Shown piece after piece: positions 1 through 9,318 of a DNA stretch of 53,735 bases; position 1 is the stretch's first letter, and every line of letters starts with the position of its first letter. The stretch comes from a bacterium. GTDB taxonomy: Bacteria; Babelota; Babeliae; Babelales; RVW-14. The notes under the pieces were generated by a model. That model was given only the letters and a program-made list of their open reading frames with translations, made no database searches and had not been told where the DNA came from. A program made the position numbers and the translations under genes. The stretch covers positions 1 to 53,735 of the forward strand of contig JAHFBQ010000001.1 in NCBI GenBank assembly GCA_023249935.1, in the 5' to 3' direction.

Positions 1-2
1 AT

Positions 3-245
3 CGTTATTTCAAAAAATGGGAAGGTATCTACTACGATCTGAAAGAGCACAACATTGGGTTCTGGGAACAAAAAACGTTTGTTGATCCAACCAATACAGG
101 GGCTAAATTTGAACGGTTACATGAAGCTGTGGTTGAAGCTAATCCTAGGTTGACCAAGCCACCGACGGTCATGTATAAAGTTGCGCAACGCTGTAAATGG
201 AAGTACGAGTCTGCCAAGCGCAAGTGGCAGCTTTTCTGGAAGTAG
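3..245 (+). CDS. 3' end of a gene cut by the window edge; hypothetical protein
   Basis: Frame 3 is open from the first base to TAG at 243-245 (...RYFKKWEGIYYDLKEHNIGFWEQKTFVDPTNTGAKFERLHEAVVEANPRL...KRKWQLFWK*). It is absent from the ORF track only because there is no start codon in the window. No family recognised. Confidence 0.45.
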   Translation, partial: RYFKKWEGIYYDLKEHNIGFWEQKTFVDPTNTGAKFERLHEAVVEANPRLTKPPTVMYKVAQRCKWKYESAKRKWQLFWK

Positions 246-306
246 ATCCTCCTGCGATATTTTTCATACAAAAGTTAAAACTTGCTTTAGTGGCATGCTT
301 TCGATA

Positions 307-349
307 GATTATGACAAATTGCGAATCTGATTCGCAATTTGTCATAATC
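307..349. repeat. Perfect 43-bp palindrome (21-bp arms, single central T): GATTATGACAAATTGCGAATC-T-GATTCGCAATTTGTCATAATC
   Basis: Read directly from the sequence. It lies between the stop at 245 and the ATPase start at 381. No T-run follows it. A promoter-like pair, TTGCGA (319-324) / 18 nt / CATAAT (343-348), sits inside it. Confidence 0.9.
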
Positions 350-380
350 TGCTGTGGTTGTCGATTTAATGGGAGTTTAT

Positions 381-1556
381 ATGGAAATTAAGCGAAAATT
401 AACTGAGCAAGTTATCAGTGCCGCCACCCAGTTTCCTGTAGTGGCTATTGTTGGGCCTCGTCAATCGGGTAAAACTACGCTGGCTCAAGCGATTTTTCGT
501 GAGCATCGTTATGTTTCCTTAGAAGATTTTGATGTTCGTGAACTTGCTACTACAGATCCCAGAGGTTTTTTAAATGATTACCCTTCGCAAACAGGGATTA
601 TTCTTGATGAGATTCAGCATGTACCAAAGCTGCTTTCATATATACAAACAATAGTTGATCGAGAAAAGAAAAAGGGATTTTTTATTCTAACGGGATCGCA
701 GAATTTTTTGGTTAATGAAGCAATTACGCAGACACTTGCAGGTCGCATTGCCATATTTACGTTATTACCTTTATCCTTGGCTGAGCTTGAACAGGCATCA
801 TTTTTGCCGAATAGCATTGAAAGCTTAATTTTTGCAGGGTCTTTTCCTCAAATGTATGCAGAAAAAATTCAAGCCTCGCGACTCTATGGCAATTACATAC
901 ATACATATGTAGAACGAGATGTACGACAAATAAAAAATGTTCAAGACTTAAATCTTTTTCAAACATTTCTTCGTTTGTGTGCGGGTAGAATTGGGCAGAT
1001 TGTTAATCTTTCGTCATTAGGAAACGACTGCGGTATTGATCATTCAACGGTGCAGTCTTGGTTATCTCTTCTAGAGGCTAGTTATATCATTTTTAGGTTA
1101 TATCCTTATTACAAAAATTTTGGTCGTCGCCTGGTTAAATCGCCAAAGATTTATTTTGTTGATACAGGTATTGCCTGTTGGCTTTTAAACATTAAATCTG
1201 AAGAGGATCTCTTGCAACATTATTTGCGTGGAGGATTAGTAGAATCATTTATTATTACAGATCTTCTTAAGCAAAAGTACAATCTTGATCAACAACCCAA
1301 TCTTTATTTTTGGCGGGATCAAATTGGTAATGAGATTGATTGTATTATTGATGAGTATCCTCATCCAATTCCAGTAGAAATTAAGTCTGGTAAAACAGTA
1401 TCAAGTTGGTTTTTTAAAGAGTTATTGGCGTGGCAAACAACAACCAATGCTCCTGAGGGCAATCCGTGTTATCTTGTGTATGGAGGGGAAGAGACTCAAA
1501 ATTGGCCTCAAGCAAAAGTATTAGGATGGAAATCAGCTGCTCATCTTATCAAGTGA
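381..1556 (+). CDS. AAA+ ATPase of the AAA_14/DUF4143 (COG1373-like) type
   Basis: Walker A GPRQSGKTTLAQ, Walker B-like IILDEIQ, and a C-terminal DUF4143-like part (YFVDTGI...WRDQIGNEIDCII). ATG 381 is preferred over GTG 354 because GGGAG lies about 6 nt upstream. Confidence 0.8.
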   Translation: MEIKRKLTEQVISAATQFPVVAIVGPRQSGKTTLAQAIFREHRYVSLEDFDVRELATTDPRGFLNDYPSQTGIILDEIQHVPKLLSYIQTIVDREKKKGFFILTGSQNFLVNEAITQTLAGRIAIFTLLPLSLAELEQASFLPNSIESLIFAGSFPQMYAEKIQASRLYGNYIHTYVERDVRQIKNVQDLNLFQTFLRLCAGRIGQIVNLSSLGNDCGIDHSTVQSWLSLLEASYIIFRLYPYYKNFGRRLVKSPKIYFVDTGIACWLLNIKSEEDLLQHYLRGGLVESFIITDLLKQKYNLDQQPNLYFWRDQIGNEIDCIIDEYPHPIPVEIKSGKTVSSWFFKELLAWQTTTNAPEGNPCYLVYGGEETQNWPQAKVLGWKSAAHLIK

Positions 1557-3309
1557 AAATGTATCCTCCAATTACATCAAACGATTTTGTTTCATAGTTC
1601 CAATTGATAAATAATGGGTGTTGTTGCCAGATTGTATCATCAACAGTGAGATGTATTTTGGTAGCATCACCTATTGTGTTTTTTTCTAAGACAACAAGTG
1701 AACCAAGTTTTTGGCTGCGTTGAGCATCTGTAGTTTCGAAGATGAATTTTTTATCATTAGACGACTGAAAACTGAAGCCCTGCGTAATTGGTGATACTGT
1801 TACGTAATTTTTTTCATAGTATGGAGCTACAGCATTAAACCAACGTCCAGGCTTGACAATATTGCTGTCTTGCTGTGTCATTGCGAGTGCAAGATCAAAA
1901 TAAACTGGATAATCACGATTGTTAAATATGATCCAAAATATCTGCGGGTTGAAACCAAAGCCATCACTTGGGATGGTTAAAAAGCAGAGAGGTCGGTGAG
2001 TGACTTGGGGATCTGCGCAGAGATTAACGACTGCTTGGTGCATGGTATGTAGTTTTTGTTCGCGAGCCTGGAATGAAGTGAAGGTGAGAAGGCCTAAGGC
2101 GGCGATGAAAATAGAGATGGCAAGCTTTAGGTATTGTTTGATTGGAATGTTACTCTTTACAAAAAGTGTTGCAAATCCAGCAATAAAAAACGGCAACGCT
2201 TCATATATGTAGCGTGGGCTATAAAAGCTTATGATGCCTGGCCAGAGCATAAGTATGCCGCAAGTAAAAAATGCTATGACCAATAATTTTTGGCGGTTGC
2301 GAATAAAAGCATAACCGAGCAATGTAAGCATGGGAGCGAGGAGTACAACCTTAAGTACTCTGTTGCCCCATGGTAGCCAAGAAACAAACAAGAGATCATA
2401 AAAAAACACCAAAAATTCTTGAAATTTTATTGCTATAAACGAGCCTTTAGTTGCATACGGAAAAAGCATGCCATTCGTGGCGACTTTAGCCAAAGGGTAC
2501 AGCCAAAGCCGTATGCCAAGAAATGCTACTGCTACTATGCTAAACAGCGATGTAATGGTTATGATTTGCTGCCAGTTGATGGAAATTTTGCAGGCGATAC
2601 TACGTGCTAGCAAGAGAATGCCGACTACTGCTGGCAGGATTAGAGTGGTTTCTCGGGTGAGTAATGAGAGTGCATAGAAAATTAAGGCAAGGAATAGTGC
2701 AAACTGGATCCCCGCCTGCGCGGGGAAGACGAAAGAAGAGAACTTGATGGCAGATAGTTTTGTTCTATCAAGATAATGAAGCAATGCAAGCGCTATGCAG
2801 AGTATAAGTACCACATTGATGTAGTAATGAAAATTAACTACGGCTCCAAACCGGTAGGCAATTTGTGGGTGTAACGCGAAGAGGAGGGCGCCTAATGTTG
2901 CCGTCCAGCGACTGACATAGCGGGAAAAAAGATAAAATAGTAAACCGGTTGCTATTGCGTGTGCAGTAACATTACATAAAAAATATCCGTAACCGTTAGT
3001 GCCAAAGAGCCAGAATTGTAGTGTGAGGTAGATGCAATAAAGCGGGCGATAGTAAGCGTCTAAAAAGTCTGGTCTGCTAAGCACATACCCACCAGGAACA
3101 CCGACACCTTGATTGGTGTGGCCATCATTAAAAAAATATAAAAGATCAGACCAAGTTTTTGTTTTGAAGCCCAGAAAAATGCCGTGAAAATCATCACCGG
3201 TAAACCACCAATTGGTAAAGGGAATGCCAAAGATGAGCAGGATTCCGGCGGCAATGATGATTGCGATGATCTTAGTATTAATTGAGTTGCTCAAAGGTGC
3301 CTTGTTCAT
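1549..3309 (-). CDS. GT-C-fold membrane glycosyltransferase-like protein, PMT/TMTC-like paralog (long form with C-terminal soluble domain)
   Basis: 586-aa multi-pass membrane protein. After the first helix comes the acidic loop motif WWFTGDDFHG, followed by YYRPLY...FGTNGYGYF...AH, LTRETT and SPRYIYEALPFF. The C-terminal domain ends INWNYETKSF. AGGATGGA precedes ATG 3309. Confidence 0.7.
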   Translation of the reverse strand: MNKAPLSNSINTKIIAIIIAAGILLIFGIPFTNWWFTGDDFHGIFLGFKTKTWSDLLYFFNDGHTNQGVGVPGGYVLSRPDFLDAYYRPLYCIYLTLQFWLFGTNGYGYFLCNVTAHAIATGLLFYLFSRYVSRWTATLGALLFALHPQIAYRFGAVVNFHYYINVVLILCIALALLHYLDRTKLSAIKFSSFVFPAQAGIQFALFLALIFYALSLLTRETTLILPAVVGILLLARSIACKISINWQQIITITSLFSIVAVAFLGIRLWLYPLAKVATNGMLFPYATKGSFIAIKFQEFLVFFYDLLFVSWLPWGNRVLKVVLLAPMLTLLGYAFIRNRQKLLVIAFFTCGILMLWPGIISFYSPRYIYEALPFFIAGFATLFVKSNIPIKQYLKLAISIFIAALGLLTFTSFQAREQKLHTMHQAVVNLCADPQVTHRPLCFLTIPSDGFGFNPQIFWIIFNNRDYPVYFDLALAMTQQDSNIVKPGRWFNAVAPYYEKNYVTVSPITQGFSFQSSNDKKFIFETTDAQRSQKLGSLVVLEKNTIGDATKIHLTVDDTIWQQHPLFINWNYETKSFDVIGGYIFT

Positions 3310-4999
3310 GCTTCCATCCTAATAATAGTATTTTGTCATCCCAGCCTCCGAGCTGGGATCCTCCATCTAGATGAATCTTAAATGCCAGGATCTTTTTGCC
3401 AACGTGCTCAGTAATTTCTACTTTGCCAAGGGAATTATTCATAAGATCATCTTCGTCAAACCATAAACTGTCAGGAGATATAGTTTGTATGGTGAGAACA
3501 TCTTCTTCGCGTCTAAAATCTAGCGATTTGATGCGAAGAAGATCCTGTCCTAAAAAGCTTTTGAATAAGTTGGCTATAGAGACATTATTACCGATGGCGG
3601 CTTGAGGTGGGAGTTCGTGGTGATATTCATTAGTACGTGCACTCATGATAACTGGAGCGCTACAGTTACCAGTGCCTAACATAGGAATGGGGATTCCGAG
3701 AGTAATTAATTTCTTGTTAGATGTATGCGAAAGATTGGCAAGATTTTGATATACAAGCATTTCTTTGTGGTTATAGGTGCACCATAGGGCCATGGTTTTT
3801 ACGGTTATTAGGCCTTGAATCAATACAAAAAACCCAAGAGAAAGCAGTATCATGCCGCGACGGCGACCGTTTGTTATAAATGGATGCAGCAATATGGCTA
3901 AAAGAATTGCTAAAAAAAATGTTGGCAGATAGAGGTAACGGCTGCTATGGAAAAATACAAGCGAAGGCCAACTGAGCAGTAAGATACAACTACATAAAAA
4001 CATGAGTATGAGTCGGCGATGTGGATAACTTCTTTGCCAAACTATAAAGATCGTTCCTCCAATCAGAATAAGAATTATAAATTTGAGAATAGTAAAGCCA
4101 GATGGGATCCATTTAATGCCAATGAGATCAAAAAAGTAGGTAAGTAAATCGTAAAATTTATTGCGTAAAAATAAGCCTGTTGGTTCAGCTGGCTTGAATC
4201 CTTTGATGCCTATTCTTGTTATATGAGAACTGAGTGGGTATGCCCAGCAGCGTAAAAGTGTGTATAAAATAGGTGGTATGATCATATATGGAGAGTATTT
4301 TAGTAAAAAATCTTTGAAGTGGAGTTTTTGATCATTAATTTGTGAGAGCACAAACCATCCAAGTATTACGAGTAGTGGTAAGAATATTAATGTTTCTCTT
4401 AGCAGCAGTGCTAGCAAAAATGTTGTGCTTGCTGATACAAGCCATCTCGTTTGGCGTCTTCTATAAAAGAGATAGATAAAAAAACATATTAGTACAAGAA
4501 AACATCCCTCAAGACTATTTTGAATATAACATTGCCAGAAAAAATAATCTTTCAGGCTCGAATGAAAAGCAAAAAATAAGCTACATAGGGCTGCTAGCGA
4601 GGGGATTGTTAAATAAGCTAAAACGTTAAAAAGTACAAGCGTTGTGATTGTGTGAAAGCCAACGTGTATCAAATGAGTCACATAAGGGTTGAGTCCAAAC
4701 GCTTTGAACTCAGCTCCCATAATCAACAAAAGCAAGGGGCGATAGATTACCTCTAAGCAAGAGGGGCGTCCTAGAGGATAAAGATTTTCTTCTGAAAAGC
4801 AGGCGCTGTGCATGATATCGCCATGCTTAAAGATTCTTTTAATATCTGAGGTGCTCTTGCATTGTCCATGTCTTATCAGCCCATAATCGTCAGCATGAAA
4901 TCCTATTTCTCTGAATTGAGCTCCTAATAAGTAAAACACTAGAAGTCCAATTACCAGATTTAAAAATAATTTTTTTAGTGATGGGGCATTGATAGGCAT
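3278..4999 (-). CDS. GT-C-fold membrane glycosyltransferase-like protein, PMT/TMTC-like paralog
   Basis: 573 aa. Motifs GFHADDYG, IYRPLLLL...FGLNPY..HLIH, FFWQCYIQNSLEG, LLRETL, DLIGIKWIPSGF and SRYLYLP. AAGGA lies 8 nt before ATG 4999. The 3' end overlaps the next gene by 32 nt. Confidence 0.7.
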   Translation of the reverse strand: MPINAPSLKKLFLNLVIGLLVFYLLGAQFREIGFHADDYGLIRHGQCKSTSDIKRIFKHGDIMHSACFSEENLYPLGRPSCLEVIYRPLLLLIMGAEFKAFGLNPYVTHLIHVGFHTITTLVLFNVLAYLTIPSLAALCSLFFAFHSSLKDYFFWQCYIQNSLEGCFLVLICFFIYLFYRRRQTRWLVSASTTFLLALLLRETLIFLPLLVILGWFVLSQINDQKLHFKDFLLKYSPYMIIPPILYTLLRCWAYPLSSHITRIGIKGFKPAEPTGLFLRNKFYDLLTYFFDLIGIKWIPSGFTILKFIILILIGGTIFIVWQRSYPHRRLILMFLCSCILLLSWPSLVFFHSSRYLYLPTFFLAILLAILLHPFITNGRRRGMILLSLGFFVLIQGLITVKTMALWCTYNHKEMLVYQNLANLSHTSNKKLITLGIPIPMLGTGNCSAPVIMSARTNEYHHELPPQAAIGNNVSIANLFKSFLGQDLLRIKSLDFRREEDVLTIQTISPDSLWFDEDDLMNNSLGKVEITEHVGKKILAFKIHLDGGSQLGGWDDKILLLGWKHEQGTFEQLN

Positions 5000-6417
5000 T
5001 TGGTGGTCCTTGTATGTGCTAGCGAATCTTTTATTCCATATAGTTTAAGAGCAGATCGATAACCAACGTTGGGGACAATTTTTGAAGAACTATGGATGGG
5101 AGAAATTCCTGCATGGATGGATTTTACATCAGCTTCTATCCCAACTGTTTCAAGGGCTGAGTAATGTACCCATTTGCTGAGTGCTTTGTTGGTAATAACG
5201 CCTTGCAAAAATACATATACTAGGCCGCAGCTCAAAAATAACCATTTCCATTGTTTGGCTGTATTTGCCATGAATAATGGTTTTACCAGTAACCCTATTA
5301 ACAGGGCGAGAAGTATTACTGGCAAATAGATATAGCGGCTACAATGAACGAAAAACGATGGCCAACATAAAATTAAAATTGAAAAACTAAGCAATACAAG
5401 TAATCCTTTGTAGGGATTATTTCTCCAGAGCAAAACTATGCCGCTAATGAGTAGTGCTATGATTGTAAGTTTTAAGCACAGAGATAATGTTGAACCATTA
5501 GGTAACCATTTGAGTCCGATTAGATCAAAAAAACAGGTAAGTAGGTCGAAAAATTTGTCCTTAAAACTAACTGTTGTTTTTGTGACTGAAAAAATACCGA
5601 GCGAGGCAATTTGGGTGGTTAGAGGATATGCCCAAAGACGCAGTGCAAGGTAACTTATAACTGGTATAGAGAAAAGGGATCCAGCAAAGAAGCATTCGTT
5701 CAATCGTTGTTGCCATTTTTCCTTCGAAAAAAGCAGAATAGCGATGATTGGTATAGCTGGGAATATTACAAGCGTTTCTCTTAGGCAGAGACCGAAAAAC
5801 AACATTATATTTGCAAGAATAAATAATTGTTTATGCATTGGTCGCCGAGCTAGCCACCAACATAAAAGTGTAAGTACAATGAGAAACAATAAACCCTGTA
5901 GGCTATTTTGTACATAGCATTGCCAGAAAAAATATTCTTTAAGGCTTGTGTGCAAACCAAAAAATAAAGCAGCAACTAAGCCACTCCAGGGATGTACTAA
6001 GATTGCTAAAGTATTAAAAATTATGAGGCTATTAATTGTATGTAAGGCAGTGTGGATGAGATGAAATTTGTATGGTTTGAGTCCAAAAAATTTGTAATGG
6101 GTTCCCATTACTAGTACGAGCAGGGGACGATAAATAACCTCTAAAAAACTTAATCTTGGTGTATGCTTCTCATCGAGTGGTTCGTTTGATGCGAGTATGC
6201 AGTCACCATTTTTTACGACACGAATAACATCTCCAATTGAATTATACTTGCCGTTATACATCATGCCGTAATCATCATCGTGGAAACCAATTGAGGTATG
6301 TTGCAGTCCCATAACTAAAAAAATAATAAAGCCTACGAGGATATTCATTGCCAGGAGCAATTTTTTATTAGGTAGGGCAATGATTGTAGAAGGGAATAAA
6401 TTGCTAAGTTTAATCAT
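4975..6417 (-). CDS. GT-C-fold membrane glycosyltransferase-like protein, PMT/TMTC-like paralog (short C-terminus)
   Basis: 480 aa. Motifs GFHDDDYG, IYRPLLVLVMG, FFWQCYVQNSLQG, CLRETL, DLIGLKWLPNGS and SRYIYLP. Its ATG overlaps the upstream stop as ATGA (6414-6417). Confidence 0.7.
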   Translation of the reverse strand: MIKLSNLFPSTIIALPNKKLLLAMNILVGFIIFLVMGLQHTSIGFHDDDYGMMYNGKYNSIGDVIRVVKNGDCILASNEPLDEKHTPRLSFLEVIYRPLLVLVMGTHYKFFGLKPYKFHLIHTALHTINSLIIFNTLAILVHPWSGLVAALFFGLHTSLKEYFFWQCYVQNSLQGLLFLIVLTLLCWWLARRPMHKQLFILANIMLFFGLCLRETLVIFPAIPIIAILLFSKEKWQQRLNECFFAGSLFSIPVISYLALRLWAYPLTTQIASLGIFSVTKTTVSFKDKFFDLLTCFFDLIGLKWLPNGSTLSLCLKLTIIALLISGIVLLWRNNPYKGLLVLLSFSILILCWPSFFVHCSRYIYLPVILLALLIGLLVKPLFMANTAKQWKWLFLSCGLVYVFLQGVITNKALSKWVHYSALETVGIEADVKSIHAGISPIHSSSKIVPNVGYRSALKLYGIKDSLAHTRTTKCLSMPHH

Positions 6418-7712
6418 TGGCTTAACTTTCTATACAGGCTTACTCCTAGTGGTGATCCTATGCCATCAGCAATCTGTTCTTGCTCTAGGTGTGTTCGAGC
6501 AACCCATACTTGCATTCTTTGATTGGTAACAACTCCTTGGACTGTTGCATAGAGTATAAATACCGCAAAAAATAAATATTTTGATCGTTGAGTTAGATTT
6601 GAGCTTAAAAAGCCAATTAGCAGCGCAAAACAGAGTGTTGGTAGGTATAAATAGCGGCTGCAATGACAAAGTAATAATGATGGCCAGCTGAGGAGGATGA
6701 GTCCGCAGGTGAGTACTGCAAGATAGTTTTTATAAGCATTTTGTCTCCACGTGCTGACTACAAAAATTCCAAGTGCTACCAATGCAGAAAGTTTGATTAA
6801 GGTATATCCCTTAGGTAACCAATGGAGACCAATCATATCCATAAACCAGGCAACCCAGTCGAAAAACTTGAGATTTATGGTTTGCAATAAGCTGTGATTG
6901 TTTTGGGTGAAGTTTTTTATACCAATGCATTGAACTGAGGTTGAAAATGGGTGTGCCCATAGACGGAGCCCCATGTAGGCGGCGATGGGAATGAGGAAGA
7001 GAACGGTGGATTTGAAGACTTGTTTTAAGTTTCGTTCCTCAAAAAACACGAATAATCCAACAAGAACTGGTAACACAATCAATGTTTCTCGAAGTAGCAG
7101 CGTGATAAAAAAAAGAACTAAGAAACCAATCAAGGTCGGTATCCATCGTCGTCGATACCATAACAAAAAAAATAATACCATGATACAAAGAAGTCCTGTC
7201 TCAAGGCTATTTTGAACATAGCATTGCCAAAAGAAATAATCTTTTAAATTGGTGTGTAATCCCCAGAAAAGAGACAGGGGTATGGCACAGAGTGGGCCGC
7301 TATACATTGTTACTACATTGAGAATAGTAAGTGTGGTGATTGTGTGCAGGGTTGTATGTACTAAGTGAAAGTAATAGGCATTCATACCAAAAAATTTATA
7401 TTCGGTGCCCATGATGAGCAAAACAAGTGGGCGATAGAGTGTTTCAAGAAAATTTTTCTTCTCAACCGTCTCCTTGTCAAGCATGGTTCCGGCGCAGGTG
7501 ATCATGTCGCTGTTGCTGAAAATAGCTTTTATGTCGTGTAAAGAGTTATAACGACCATTGTAAGTGAATCCATAATCATCAGCATGGAACCCAATATTTG
7601 TATGCTTGGCTCCCATGAAATAAAAAACTATGCTCGCAACAATGAGATTAGCGAGGAGAAGTAATATTCTATTAAGGGACTTGCTTTCGCCCGAGTATTT
7701 TAAATTTTGCAT
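6414..7712 (-). CDS. GT-C-fold membrane glycosyltransferase-like protein, PMT/TMTC-like paralog (short C-terminus)
   Basis: Motifs GFHADDYG, LYRPLVLLIMG, FFWQCYVQNSLETG, LLRETL, DMIGLHWLPKGY and SRYLYLP. The start is uncertain (ATG 7712 or 7742). Either choice overlaps the upstream gene end at 7672. Confidence 0.65.
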   Translation of the reverse strand: MQNLKYSGESKSLNRILLLLANLIVASIVFYFMGAKHTNIGFHADDYGFTYNGRYNSLHDIKAIFSNSDMITCAGTMLDKETVEKKNFLETLYRPLVLLIMGTEYKFFGMNAYYFHLVHTTLHTITTLTILNVVTMYSGPLCAIPLSLFWGLHTNLKDYFFWQCYVQNSLETGLLCIMVLFFLLWYRRRWIPTLIGFLVLFFITLLLRETLIVLPVLVGLFVFFEERNLKQVFKSTVLFLIPIAAYMGLRLWAHPFSTSVQCIGIKNFTQNNHSLLQTINLKFFDWVAWFMDMIGLHWLPKGYTLIKLSALVALGIFVVSTWRQNAYKNYLAVLTCGLILLSWPSLLLCHCSRYLYLPTLCFALLIGFLSSNLTQRSKYLFFAVFILYATVQGVVTNQRMQVWVARTHLEQEQIADGIGSPLGVSLYRKLSQ

Positions 7713-9318
7713 GAGCGTAATCCCAAGTAATGAACCATACATTGTTACTGAAACGTTCTATGTCTACAGCTGTAGCGTTTTTTTTCTCGCAATGAAGCAA
7801 TTCTAATTCCTGTGCGTTGCTTAGTTCAATTGTTATGCTATTGTTGTGTATCATTTGTATTACAGCGGTTTTATCTGAACGAGGAATTGCGCGCGCGTGA
7901 TCCTGTCGAGGCATTCTTATTGCCGGACCAGATTGATATACAAAATATGATTCGACAGGTTTGTCATCCAAAAACCAGACAGCTTGCGCGGTTCCCATAT
8001 CGAACCAATGAGTTGGAAGACCTATAAAACAGAGCGGTTCACGTTGCCAGCCAGCTTCAGGGAGATCTTGAGTTACTAAGGTGCGTGTGCTTGTATCAAG
8101 CCAATGTAAGGCGAATTCACGTTCTTTCATATTGGCAAAAACATAGCAGGCGTTAGTTGCAATGTAGAAGAGAGTGAGAACACAAAACAAGTTTTTCTTT
8201 GAGGAGATACCCTGTAGAAGTAGTATCAGTGTAACGATTATCCACGGTAGTGCCATGTACATGTATCGTTGCTGATAATGCATAAGTAGTCCAGGCCAAC
8301 TGAACATGATGGTTGAAATAAAACAGAAGAGAATCATTTTTTTGTGTTTGCTTTTGAAAAATAAAATAGCAAGTACTATGATAATGACGAACAGCAGGCA
8401 GCCGTTGGCGATGCGATGGCCCTTTGGCAACCAGGTAAGGCCAAGAATGTCATAGAGGTAGGTAAGAAACTGCATGCTGCGGGAAATCTGTTTTGTGATA
8501 AATGATTGCCATGAGAGTGTGAATCCCAAAGTGGTTGTATTGCTTGCGACAAAAGGCATACAGTCAAGTCGAATCAAGCAGTAGCCAAGTGCTGTAAAGA
8601 TAAAACCTAACGATGCTTTGCATGCTAGCCACAAAGAGTTACGTGTAATTTTATTGGTATACACAAGTGTTGCTAAAAACACCCAAGCACACAAAATGAT
8701 ACTTGCCTCTTTGAGGAGTAGATTGAGGAAAAAAAGCGCTATTGTGCCCAGGTACCAGTGCAACCGCCGCGTCTGTAGCCATCGATAAAAGCAGATAAAA
8801 ATGAGTCCTAGAAAAAAAAGTTCTATAAAATAGGTCTGTGCGCTGATCCAACCAAGCCAGTTTTGCAAACTTGGGTGGAATCCGAAAAACAATGCTGCAA
8901 GTAACGATGCTGTAATGTCAAAAAAGTTGCGCATAATTAAAAAAAATAGTCCGGTATTGAGTGCGTGCAAAATAATGGTAACTAAAAAATAACCATACGC
9001 TTGAGTGCCAAAAAGTAAGGTTTGTGGCCAGTAGTATACAAACGATAGAGGGCGATAGAGGCCCTGTAAAAAAGAACCTCGATCTTGGCCAGATCCTGAA
9101 GGATGATTGATGCTCTCCATATTGCCTTCGGTAAACAAATTTTTTAGATCAGCAAAACTTTGAAGTTTGCTATGTAAAATATTTGCCCAATCATCTGTCT
9201 TGAAACCCCATTTAGTGAATGGGATGCCGAGAATCAGAATTATAGTAGCAATAATTAGAAGAGATATAATCCAATCTTGTTGCCGATCATTTTTTAAGAT
9301 ATGCATAGTGATTTCCAT
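7672..9318 (-). CDS. GT-C-fold membrane glycosyltransferase-like protein, PMT/TMTC-like paralog (long form)
   Basis: 548 aa. Motifs WGFKTDDWANI, LYRPLSF...FGTQAYGYF...LHALN, LLKEAS, DILGLTWLPKGH and QQRYMYMALPW. The C-terminal soluble domain ends FITWDYAHAKFKIL. Confidence 0.7.
   Translation of the reverse strand: MEITMHILKNDRQQDWIISLLIIATIILILGIPFTKWGFKTDDWANILHSKLQSFADLKNLFTEGNMESINHPSGSGQDRGSFLQGLYRPLSFVYYWPQTLLFGTQAYGYFLVTIILHALNTGLFFLIMRNFFDITASLLAALFFGFHPSLQNWLGWISAQTYFIELFFLGLIFICFYRWLQTRRLHWYLGTIALFFLNLLLKEASIILCAWVFLATLVYTNKITRNSLWLACKASLGFIFTALGYCLIRLDCMPFVASNTTTLGFTLSWQSFITKQISRSMQFLTYLYDILGLTWLPKGHRIANGCLLFVIIIVLAILFFKSKHKKMILFCFISTIMFSWPGLLMHYQQRYMYMALPWIIVTLILLLQGISSKKNLFCVLTLFYIATNACYVFANMKEREFALHWLDTSTRTLVTQDLPEAGWQREPLCFIGLPTHWFDMGTAQAVWFLDDKPVESYFVYQSGPAIRMPRQDHARAIPRSDKTAVIQMIHNNSITIELSNAQELELLHCEKKNATAVDIERFSNNVWFITWDYAHAKFKILGRKQVP

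Noticed and set aside
32-271. 79-aa minus-strand ORF at the left edge
   Set aside because: It is antisense to a cleaner plus-strand frame that is open from the window edge to 245. The sequence is Cys/Arg-rich with no RBS and is probably a shadow ORF.
1549-9318. Possibility that the tandem GT-C genes are an assembly duplication artefact
   Set aside because: The paralogs are highly diverged at both nucleotide and protein level (only short motifs are shared), so they are genuine old duplications.
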